DNA of 64,000 nt, taken from Phoronis australis (taxonomy: Eukaryota > Animalia > Phoronida). Both the position numbers and the translations under genes were made by a program. Shown piece by piece: positions 36,001 to 48,000 of this stretch. The stretch is from assembly GCA_002633005.1 (NCBI GenBank), contig NMRA01000162.1, positions 254,255 to 318,254 on the forward strand, written 5' to 3'. Below the pieces are notes generated by a model that worked only from the letters and a program-made list of their open reading frames with translations, was not told the origin of the DNA and made no database searches. Position 1 is the stretch's first letter. Each line of letters begins with the position of its first letter.

Positions 36001-39000
36001 CCGTCCGTCCGTCCGTCCGTCCGTCCGTCNCCAATAAACAACCCTAGAAGGATACCGTATGCGGTGCAATTGTGGGCGCATTTCAACGCTCTGCGTTGCT
36101 CTTGTACTGAATGTCATGCCTTGGACTGTCACATCCGACTATCCTTCCAACTAAAGTAAATACTCTAGATTTCGTTAGATTTTGCTAATCTCTGTCACTC
36201 AACAGGAAAACGGTTAGTGCGGTTAGTGAGACATTTTATGCTATGGTGACCATTTCTGCTGGAAGACAGCTAGATGTAATGAATACTGTCTGATATTACC
36301 ATAAGCCCAAATAGTAAACCCTTGCAAATGAACGATAGAGGTAATTAATGACTTGAATTCTTCCAAATGTGTCAAATAAATCAGAAAAATCTCACCAATT
36401 TAGGACAAAAAAGGTTGTAATGTGCTATGTATAATTTATGGAAAAACGAGAGAGAAATATTAATATCACCTGTCTTCCATATTGTATCCTGAATAGGGTT
36501 GGGCACCGGTTTCCAGTGCCATTGTGCTTGGCATAATGTGATGTCTACTCGCCAGAGACAACATGACGAAATTTCTAGGTCACCCAATGGGAAATGAACT
36601 CGCCAAAAATGAAGCCATGTATGCGGTTATGCAAAGTCCAAAGTGCTAACCCAGGCCTGTTAACGGCCGTTTGAGGCGGTGGGACTTTTTTCTTTTTATT
36701 TTCTGTTTGCATTAGTAGAGCTGAAAACAGGGTAATCCGTGTGCTCTATGAAAACCGTAAATATTTTTTTTTGAAAAATTGGGGTTGGTGTTTTACTCAG
36801 ATTGCCAATTTGAGTTAAAAACTACCAGCCCAGGGAATTGCCTACGTATCGGCAATTGTCACCATGCAGGAATTGAATGCAAAGAGGACAGAGTGCTGAC
36901 AATGTGCTGCTCATGTGTCTTTTTTGTATGTATTGTGAGTGGACTTTTACAGACCATTAAAAGTGAAAATTTGAAAGTTAGACGTCGGCGTTTAGCCGAA
37001 CTTGGTCTTGAATTGAAAGCAGAAAGTAAAGCCTGGATTTTCTACTCAGTGTTCAAGAAGTGTTATCCGTCAGTTTCTTTTTTGTGCAGAGTTTCCTGGG
37101 TTTTGGCCAGAGTGCTGAAATCGATGTAGTACTAGACGGACAAGATCAGAGAAAGGTCACAGAGGTCAGGACAGAAGATGGCAAGAAGGAAAAACTATTT
37201 TTATACTACGACGGTGAAACAGTTTCTGGAAAGGTTGGTTACGTCTGTTGTCAGAGTGTATTGTTAATGACATAGCTGTAGTTTATAAAATCTGCAAACA
37301 CTTAAGAACAAAGACTGTTATCTGCATTAATCTTCCTATCCTAAGCCCTGGATAAGGTGCATGAACTGTGAAGAAGAATAAAATGCACAACATCTACAGA
37401 ACTAGCCAATAGTATTCAGACAAAATGACCTGTAATGCCTCCTGGTGGCAGAAGGTGAATTCATTGTCAGAACAATGTTCTCTCATGGCCTAGAAGGAAG
37501 GGAAATTAACAGGAAAGTTAGTGAGGTGGCTAAGAGATTATGTAATTAAAAGTTTGCCACCTAATAGTTACCCACAGATTTTTGCTGCTAAAGGAGAATG
37601 CCACCCGATTTAATTACTCTTGTTTACCTTCTTAATCGGTCTATATCCTCACCTCTTATATGGTCGACCTCACCTTGCCTAGAGGTGTCGCGTTAACCTG
37701 TGACGAAGGTAAGAAACGACGTAGCGACGTCAGTGGTTCATCTGCAGAGTGAATGCCTCTATATTGCGGTGCATGGTTCCCGCTTGTCCGAACTATGAAG
37801 CTGCGAAGAAAGCGAGCATATCGTTTTTTCGACTTCCTCTAGAGCCCGAAATGCTTAGGAAGTGGCTCGTGGTAGTGAAGAATGAAAGGTACGTTATTAA
37901 TAGCAATTATGAGACCCTAAAACGTCTCCGTGTCTGTGGCTGGCATTTCATCGACAGTGATTTCTCTCAGTTACGAATTCCGGCTTACCAAAAAACTGTC
38001 CTTATTTTCCATTGTCTGTGCATGTTCACGGCGCCTCTAGTATTTCTTGATCAGTGTATTCCGGTTTGAACTGATAGCCTGTGAAACCTAACGATCCGAC
38101 CCGTGAAGTCTTCGTCGGATGAGCTCTTGACTAAGTCGGGATTGGCGCCGGGCGAGTTGCCATGTAGACGTTTATTCTGCGTTGTGTTTCAAAATGAATT
38201 ATTCTCATCCTAACCAATGCTTATATAAAACTGAAACAAAGTCTGTCTCACTAGGTACAATTTGTAATGCCTTTGCAGTATTCTTTAGTGCAAATGTTGA
38301 GAAGCCAGCAATGAATAAACCCGCACTGCGTTACCGGCTTTTGATGGTGGCAATAAAGGTAATTGACCAGGCACAGAGGCCGTGTGAGCGCACGCTATTT
38401 CAGTGTTTGCTGACAGAAAGCTGTTGCGAAAGAATCACTCGATTTTGTATGCTATGGTCGCATGTTAGGGGAATCTTTATTTAGAAATACAAATCATTGT
38501 TACTGTACAACCTTTGCCCTGACGGTCTGTGGAAGGTTTCGTGGCTAATTCACAAAATTAATTACGTGCACATTATTTCTTTGGCTCACTAGTCTTTGTG
38601 ACTGGAGGTTTAGTTTCCAGCTCAAGCTGGTTTATGTCCATGCCAGTCCCGGCGGCCGCGATGGGCTTGATCGGGTGCGGAGCCACTGGCCGGGATAACG
38701 AGTCAGTCCGGTCGCGACGTGGGGCCTGATCGGGTTCCGAGCCACTGGCCGGGATAACCAGCGTTTTGTGTGTTTAGAACTCAAAAACCACAAGTCTAAA
38801 TAACACAGATCTAAGTTCTCCTGTCTGTATTTTACGGAAAAATACTTACGAATTTATCTCCGAACAGACCCCAAACTCCTGCTACGGACCTTGGTAGATT
38901 GGCCTGCTGAACTTTGTATGCTATGGTGTGTCCAAATACCAATAAATCCGTAACAGTGAAATAAAGCAACACGTTTTTATAAGAATTCAGTGTATTTTTA

Positions 39001-42000
39001 AGGGTTTTACATTGATGATTTATTGGTGTTAAACGATGAATTCAAGCGATAAGCTGACACCAGTAACCCTTGTTGTGAACTGCTGAACAGACTGCGTGTG
39101 AAACCAATGATGTCATTGGATAATTTCAACACCTCCGTCTGCCATCAAGTGTCTGGTAACACAGCCGTTATCGATCTAAATTGATACAAAATAGGTTTAT
39201 TTTTTGGGTGGTATTTTCCTTTAACAGAATTGGCAGTCATGTCGGGGGAACGGCATTTTGTCTGGTTGTATCCTGATTGTATGTCTTGTACAGTACTCAA
39301 AGGTGCAGCATGCAAGTGAGTAGCAGACCCCTATACATTAACAAGTAACTTAACCCCGTTAACGTTTTCATGAATATTAATGACCAGTTTGATGCACAGG
39401 TACTTGTATGAATGAGTGTGCGAGAGCTTTGTTGTTAGTTCACATTGTTTAGTTTATTTTCGTGATGTTGCGGTTCATGGTATTCTTAGTAATTCTGTGG
39501 CTCTTGCAGACATTCTTGTCACTGGCTTGTGGGTATGATTGTCTGGTACCCTTGAATCGATTATTGTTTACAAACCAGCCGAGGTCTTTGAACGTTAAGC
39601 TGAGTAGAACCAACTACATGAAATATGATGTATTTTGAGGAGACCTGTTCTAAATTTTTGTTTATATAATTGCTTTTCTCAGTTCCCTCAACAACTTGAT
39701 GTCCCATAGGCGAGGCAATTATTGTTTGAACTTTTTTCCATGTCCCGGTGACTATCGTGTTGTGACAGATCGCACTGGAAGCATTCCATTATTTTACTGC
39801 TGTAGAATTGGCATTCCATTATTTTGCTAGAAAAAATGAATGTTTCTTTTGAAGACTAATTATGTTGTACCACAGACTAGAAGACTGGCTGGCAATAGCC
39901 TTGGTAAGTGTCTTTCAATAAGGTGGCCATCTTTAATGCTCTGCAGAAGACTAACAGAATACGATATTTCCATTGACAACTGCAATGCTGGTTGTAATTA
40001 CACTGTGGCTGGAGGTGGACCCGCTTTTCATTTTTGAAAGTGTACCTTACTGTCAGAAAATCAATTCCGTGAAGCAAATTAGCAACTTATCTGAGCAGTG
40101 GTTGCTTATTAATTGAAAACAAAAGTTGAGGGTGTTAACATAGTTGACTGCTGTGGTGTCGCTAGAGGTAGCATGCATTAGAATTTCTTCATTCATGAAA
40201 AATAAGAGATTGTTGCATCCAAATTTGCCTGGTTGCATCAATGTACGGTGTTTAGTACCATATTGATTGGCTAGGGACATGACAAATAGTCACATGACAA
40301 ATAGGCATATGACATTGACAAATAGTCGCATAACAAATAGTCTCATCTACGGGAGTGACAACTTAATAACCGTTAACTTCTACTTCAATAGTTTGTAGCT
40401 AGATCTAAAGTATGTCTGTGTAACATAATGGCTAATTAGTTATGAATTTAAATGAAATACAGCTGAAACATCATCATGACACATTTCTGTGATGAGCCAA
40501 GTCAATGTTTCTTGACAAAATATGATCTATTTTCTGAGTCAGTTGAGTAATGTAAGATGTGCCTGTCTCAGACTGATGCATTGGAGGTTCAGTTAGTGTG
40601 CAGGTAAATTTAATTATCTGTGAGGGGTTGTTTGTTCATTTGAAATTGCCATTTAGTGACAGAGGTGGATGTTCTCATGTGCATCCCAAAACTCGGCTCA
40701 CAGGCTGCGAAATGCTGCTCGACGCAGGGTCAAACTAACAAAACACGATTTGCAAACCCGAAATATTTGTGCCCGAACTCGCAAACTTGGCTTTACCAAC
40801 CCTCAAAACACGGTGCACATTGTTTTCATGAAACAGCTTACAAACCACTTGTGCTTGAACTGACAAACATGTTTGACCTACCTCCAAAACACGATGCTCA
40901 TACTGCACTCACAAAATGGCTTAGAAACCAAAAATACTTGTGCCCAAACTCACTGACTCCAAATAATAACAGTGGACTCGCATTAACTTAGCTTACACAC
41001 CCAAAATATTTGTGCCCAAGTGCTCAAAGAGGGGTCCGTGAGCCATGACATTATTTTGCATCAGCCCATTTTTTGCATCAGCCGTGTCTTGTGAGTCAGG
41101 CAAGTGCTTTGCGGTCGGTGGGCTGTGTTTGTTTGGGTCGGTGTAGAATGAGTCTATCATGCCTGTGAGTCATGTTTGTAAGTGAATTTTATATCAATGC
41201 AGCAGCCAGTGTTGTTTGGGTATCCTGAGTTGCGGTCATCTGGTGTGTATCTCCTCTGAGGTGTAGTCATCTGGTGTTTTATCTCCTCTGAGATGTCATC
41301 TGGTGTGTATCTTCTCTAAGGTGGTGTTGACTAAAGATGTAGTCATCTGGTGTGTATCTCCTCTGAGGTATAGTCATCCGGTGTGTATCTCTGAGGTATA
41401 GTCATCCGGTGTGTATCTCTGAGGTGTAGTCGTCTGTTGTGTATCTCCTCTGAGGTATAGTCATCCGGTGTGTATCTCTGAGGTATAGTCATCTGGTGTG
41501 TATCTCTGAGGTGTAGTCGTCTGGTGTGTATCTCCTCTGAGGTGGTGTTGACTTAAGGTTGGTGGATACACAAAAAAATTAATTTTGACTGTTTTTTACA
41601 TTTTCATATCATCCTAATCTTTAATTCTTGATGCACAGTATACTGAAGAAAAATAAAATCATTCTGAAAATCCAAAGTTGTTTTTTTAGCTATATTTGAC
41701 CAAGCCTCAGTAAGTCATACGGCTTGAGTGCTCACCAGCTCAGTGATTGACAACTGGGGCGGAGCTAAAATACAAGGACACTAGCTCCAATCTAACCCTG
41801 TCAACAAGCATTACGTAACCGGGCAATCGAGAGTGATGTACCAGCTGATATTGGTGTTGTAGCAAGACCAAGAATAAAACAATTCTATTTTTGACCATGT
41901 GAAAGTTAGTAGTGAAATGGTGAACTAGCTCCTGTTCCGAGCCTGAGCCTGTTTGTCTATCTGCAAAAGAATTAAGTTGAGTACGCCAAGCCCTACCGAA

Positions 42001-45000
42001 GCCATCACTGCACTCAGCTTGAGGAGTCCGTGCAGAAATTGTGCATGTATAAGAGAAGTCGGTAATATGAGGTCAGTTGTCTTGCGAGAGAACGCTGAGT
42101 GTCGACGTGGGTGGTGTTGCACGATTCGGTGAGAGTGCATGCACGCGCTGTGAAGACAAGCCGCGCGCGCGACACATGGACAACTACATGCCGTCAGAGT
42201 AGAGTATTCGCAGATAAACCGTGCTTCTGTGCTGGGAACGTGCCGTGGAGAAACTAGGCTGTCAAACCCAGAGGATTTTTAACTTGCCACTGGCCGTAAC
42301 CCAAAGAATTGGAGAAATGACCCAGTGTTCAACATAACAAAAAATTTTCTAGTGCATAGATTCAAACGTAACCCTGAATTAAAACTCATATTATACGATT
42401 TTAGAGGAAAGCCATATAAGAAACTTTAGTAACTTGAGAATCTCACCCAAGCGGCGCTATTTGCGCAGAAAGTGATATTTTCTTATCCCAAAGTCCATTC
42501 GGTAAAGGCACGTAAAAATGTTGAACCGTTACTATGAAAGTAGTTCTTTATCCTCGTCGCCAATATTGTTATGTAGGCATTAACGCGGCGATTTGATATA
42601 ACACATACATGTATATTGGTTGATGATAATATTGGAATACTAACAAATAGGTCTGTGTAATATAGTTAGAGAGTCTTTTACAAACTGAGTGGAGAGTTCA
42701 GATGAGTCGTTTAAACAATCAACACATGGTGGTCGGCACACCAGTACAGCAGACAATAGATCAACGCTAAGCTCCGCCCACGTGACAGCCATATTTGTTT
42801 TTGGTCGTCTGTCGTGCATCACAAGTTCGACAAATTGATTAAAATTACGCTGTAAACAAACAGGTATGTCACATTTTCTAAATATGAAGTAAATATCAGC
42901 TTTATTTCTTGTACTTCAACAAAAATTGGAACATAATGACCACGCATTCTGAACGAAATTTGATCTCAAGTGGCAATCGATGACCGCTTAACTTCAAAGC
43001 CGTTTTTCACGGCTCGTGATTTCAGGATAGTGACACGATTCTCGGGCCTATTTTTCCACAACACGTGGGTCAATTTTAACGAAAGTTGCAAATTTGAAAT
43101 CCTCTTGGACTGAAGTAAAATCGCGTGCCAGGGTTTTTTGATAAATGGACCAGATTTTTAGTTATTAGACGGAAAGTGACCAAATGACAAAAAGTGGCGT
43201 GCTTGCCCCAACTCACACGCAAAAAATGCCACAAAATCAAGATCATAATGATTTTGTACATATATTTGGTATGAATAAGTAGAATATTGCGTAAAGAAAT
43301 AGTTGATGATGATCCCTGCGCATTTTGAAAAAAAATTCGAGGTAAAATTGGATTTGTTGAAAATTAAAAAATACGATTTTTTAAAAAAACGAACAACAAA
43401 AAAAATTTTTTTTTCGATTTTTGTCACTTTCAGAGTCATGTCTAACTAGTTAAAACTCCCTTTTTACTCATTTTAGTTAGGAACCTGGAGATTTGATCAG
43501 TGTATACACCTACCTTAACATCTAGTTGGAGTTGTCTGAGTCAGGAACCAGGACTTCAGGGCCCGATTCATCGTGGATCGTGTCCACGGTCGCACCTAGT
43601 CGTAATTGGAATTGCGACGCTGCAACAAAATGTTGCATCTGGCAGGAAGTTAGTAATTTTTCTTGTTCACACTTTACAACTGCATGTCGAAGTTACAACC
43701 GTGTAGCGAAGACCTTTGATGAAATAGGTGCCAGGAGGTTATGTGTGTTGGAGTGGTGTGGTCTCAAGGACTTAACAAAATGTCTCAGTGAACTCACTGC
43801 ACCGATTGTGAGATTTTTGATTTGCGTACTCCTTCAATTCTGTTCAAGTCGTTCTGGTGTTAATTTCAGGTAAATGTCACATTAAAGAAACAGGGGTCAA
43901 AGTTAGAACACCAAGGAATCAAAATAGAGTTCGTAGGTCAAATAGGTAAGTATTACATGCTGAACTCTTCCTCTCTAGTCAGAGTAACAAGAGCAGTGAT
44001 AACTGTAGACTTGTGTTGTATCTTTGAACTGGTTTATGATGAGTTAACAAGTGTCTGACTGCATTTTTATTTGCTGATAAGCAACTAGTGTCTGGAGTTG
44101 CCTGCACAAGGTCCTTTTGTGAAACTTGTTTGTCACGAGGATCCTTTGGCTAGGGGCAGGGCTTGTTTTTGGTTCCACTTTCTTTGAATTTTACATTTAT
44201 TTCAAATCATAGAACAACCGGTCCTACCAAATTATTAAAGTTCACTCATAAGTTACTGAAAAAACAACACCAGAACATAAATTGCTGCTTATTTAAATTA
44301 ATTAATGTTCTGTAGACTATATAGCTTTTCAGATGTAATAAATTGAATTTGCTCCCAAGCACATTAGAGAGTTCGTTTTTGTTACATGTTTCAAAACAGT
44401 GTTGAACGTTTTAGGCTCTCAGTGTCTGTCTGCCAATATATATGAAACCATTTCATTTTTTCACATTTAAAAATGAAAGTACGGAAAGCTCAATTTGTAA
44501 ACGCTTGTTCAGTTTCTCTATAATCATCAATTGTGCGACTTAAATGATGGAAATGTTAAAGATCTGAGCTTATACGGTTACCATGGAAATCGATACAAAT
44601 TGATCACTGTAAGCAAGTATTGATCACTATGAGGAGATCTTGTGAATTAAATGAAATGACGTCTGCTGCCTGTGTGGTCATGCAATAGTTGGTTTATGGA
44701 CCAGTAGCTGGACTATAAGTTGACTTTCGACTGTCTAGTTAGTTTATCACCAAATAGCTCTATTAGTCCGTGCTTAGAATTCATGACCTTTACTTTAAGT
44801 GCCGTAGTTTGCGAGATTTTAGCCACTGTTATTTCTGAAGTCGTTGTCAAACACTTGTTTAAGGTGAGCGCATTGAACAAAGGTCATTGTTACGTGCAGA
44901 GGCGGATCTACGGGGGGGGGGGGGGGGGNGGGACAGGAATTAAAAGAAAAAAATGTCTGTCCATTTACTGAAGACTTAGGTCTGCTACTGATGTGATCTC

Positions 45001-48000
45001 TTCAAATAAAGCATTGTTATGAATTGCCACTTTATTTGTTGTGAAATATGACAAGTACATAAATGTGACAACAGAGTGACAACACCTTCTTTTAGACAAA
45101 TCTGACTACCGTCGTGTCTCGTAGTGGCAATTCTATTTTTTATTTTTGTCTCTGTATCTCCAGAGTTCCCATACATATATCTATGAAATTTTGCAAACCG
45201 GTTTCCATGAGAAAGACGACAAGGCCTTCCTATTTTAGTACAGGTTCGGTGTATTCACCTAGTTGACATTTCGTGGTGCCACTGAACATCCTTAGAATCA
45301 CATTGTGTGCGGTGAAGTTGTGGGCTCATTTCAACCCTTTGTGCTTCCAGTTGAGGAGTGTATGCCTGGTGCTAATTTTGAGATGTGTTCGTTTACTGTG
45401 CCGTCCCTTAGTGGCAATTAATTTTTTTTTGCGTATGGCTCTGTGCCTCCAAGTGACATCTTTAATTTCACATATTACTAGATACCAATCAACATTCCAA
45501 GAAGGGTCTTTTTTGCGTTTTTTATTCTTTTGCTGTAATTTGATGGTGACATGCTCAGCAGATGAAAATATTTTGTAACTATCATTATTTCAATGAAACA
45601 GTGGCAGCTAAGGAATATTAGAACGCGAAAACAGGATGCGATATTTGCACCATGTTTACATTTTGTTCTCGGGGAGAGAACCCTGTTGTGAAAACGCAAC
45701 AAATGCTGTGACAGTTATACCCTTACTCTGGTCAACTTAATTTTTTCATTGTTTTGCTTACAGAACTATACTATGACCGAGGGAACCATCACGAATTCAC
45801 GTCACTGGTCAAGGAACTGGAACGACCGGGCATTCTCACACAGAACAAAACATATAAATTTGAATTCGTACAAGTAGAAAAACCATATGAATCATACACG
45901 GGGGCAAATGTTCGACTACGGTGAGTACTGTGGCATAACGACGAAGTAAAAGAAACGTTTTGCTTTTAGCTAAAGATGAAACGTGATTGTAATGTGTGCA
46001 TGAAACTTCCTTTAATTTTGTTCACTTGTTACCAGATGTTGACTAAAATGTATTGTATAATGTGTGCGCCTATATTCAAAATGTATGTTTCAAGAAACAG
46101 TTTGCTCACAAGTAGGTTGCATTGGCGCTTATGCCTAAGGTTCACTTGCAGGCGTAGGCGGCTATCTCTTGAAAATTGCTTTAAACTGAGTATTTTTCTC
46201 GCACTATGTCCATTATTACTGTTACTCAATGAATATAGTCAAGTGTCGGCCATTTTGACTTGCACAATATTTGTAAAAGTAACTGTTATCTCCTTGGTTT
46301 TATTCAAGAGTTTGACACGCAGGAGCATGTGCCTTATTTCAGGTATTAGGGGGCAGCTTCACATATAGTCGCATGTGCCTTATTTCAGGTATTAGGGGCA
46401 GCTTCACATATAGTCGCGTGTGCCTTATTTCAGGTATTAGGGGCAGCTTCACATATAGTCGCGTGTGCCTTATTTCAGGTATTAGGGGCAGCTTCACATA
46501 TAGTCGCATGTGCCTTATTCCGGATAGGAGCAGCCTATGTGGTTGGTAATTGTCTACAGGGAACTGGTGAACATAATGTTTGGTCATGTTTGTGTGTTGG
46601 ACTAAAGAGGTCACTGATGGTTTTGTTTTGAGCAACCTGGTGACCATTTGACGAAGCTCCGTTTTACTTCTAGGTACTTCCTGCGAGTGACGATAGTGAA
46701 ACGACTCAGTGACCTAGTGAAGGAAATGGACGTAGCTGTACACACGCTCTCGTCGTACCCAGAGATGAACAACAGCATAAAGATGGAGGTTGGCATTGAG
46801 GACTGTTTGCATATAGAGTTTGAATACAACAAGTCCAAGTGAGTGCAGGCCTATGGTCTCTGTGTGTGTGTTATCATCTTGTTAGCTGTGGTGGATCACC
46901 ATTCTGAAAGGTTGAGATGTTCTTCAATGTTGAGTCACAGAAAGATGTACTTTGGGATGCTCAACGATTAATTTTTCCCAGCAGTCGCAGTTAGTTGTTA
47001 AAATTGAACCACTGAATCGGATGCAAATTTGGAAGCTCTATATGCTGTGACTCTTTTTTGTGGGAGAGTACTTCAGTATTCAAAGTACCTTTGTCTTAAG
47101 TTTCACGTAAACTGAGACATTTTACCTCGGTCTGTACAAGTTAGAGCTGTAGAAAACTTTTTGATTAATGTTAATACATTGTGGTGTAATTTAGATATCT
47201 TAACTTGCTTACATCAGTCTGAGTAGTTAAGCTACCGCCTGGCGGGTTATTTCTGGCACTGTCTGCATAGTGACGGAACTGCCCCATCTTGCTTATGATA
47301 TCCGCCACTAGGTACCACCTGACCGACGTTATCGTGGGTAAAATCTACTTCCTGCTGGTCCGCATCAAGGTCCAGTTCATGGAGTTGGCCATTGTCAAGC
47401 GCGAGATCACTGGATCAGGTAGTCACTCGTCTCCTGTGTGGGGGCGTTCTTTAGTTCAGTCTTTGTCCCCCGTTGCTCACTTTTGTTGTTGTCGCAGCCG
47501 TTGTACGCATCGCCTTCACTGGGTCGCCATCACTTTGTTGAGAAGCAAACATAGCTGGAAACATGGCTGCTTTTAGTATTTCCTACATCTCTGGCAGCAA
47601 TCTGGTATTATCCAGGCATTGCGATTAGTTAAGGATGATACTACTGTAAACTGTACGTAAAAATTTCCAAGATTCAGCAATCGTGGCGTAATCATAGGCG
47701 CAGAGTTTCAAAAACAACTTTGCTGTCTCTGTTTCAGTGTCAGAGGACTGGTTTTGCCCCTGCAAGTAATTTTCCTCGTATGCCAGTATTTTTCCATGAC
47801 GTGCCGTTTCTCTGCCATGTTTGCTCTTTGTCTCAATAGTTGCGACTCGCGTCGGCATTATTTCTGCCTAGCTACCAGTTTAATTTAGCTCACACAGACC
47901 TGCTGTCGGTTAGCTATCATCCGCGTCTCATCCGGGTTACTCAGTTCCTCCGTACTTCTTCAGTGGATTACGTTTGCATGTGTTTATGTTGTGTAGGTAT

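Noticed and set aside
12299-46520. CRISPR-like arrays at 12299, 41235 and 46324
   Set aside because: Head-to-tail units with no unique spacers, in eukaryotic introns, with no cas genes; these are minisatellites.
47276-47449. RNA pairing GAACUGCCCC / GGGGCGUUC flanking VPS26 exon 6a as a docking-selector mechanism
   Set aside because: Only 9 bp with a bulge, and no competing partner found for exon 6b; needs comparative data.
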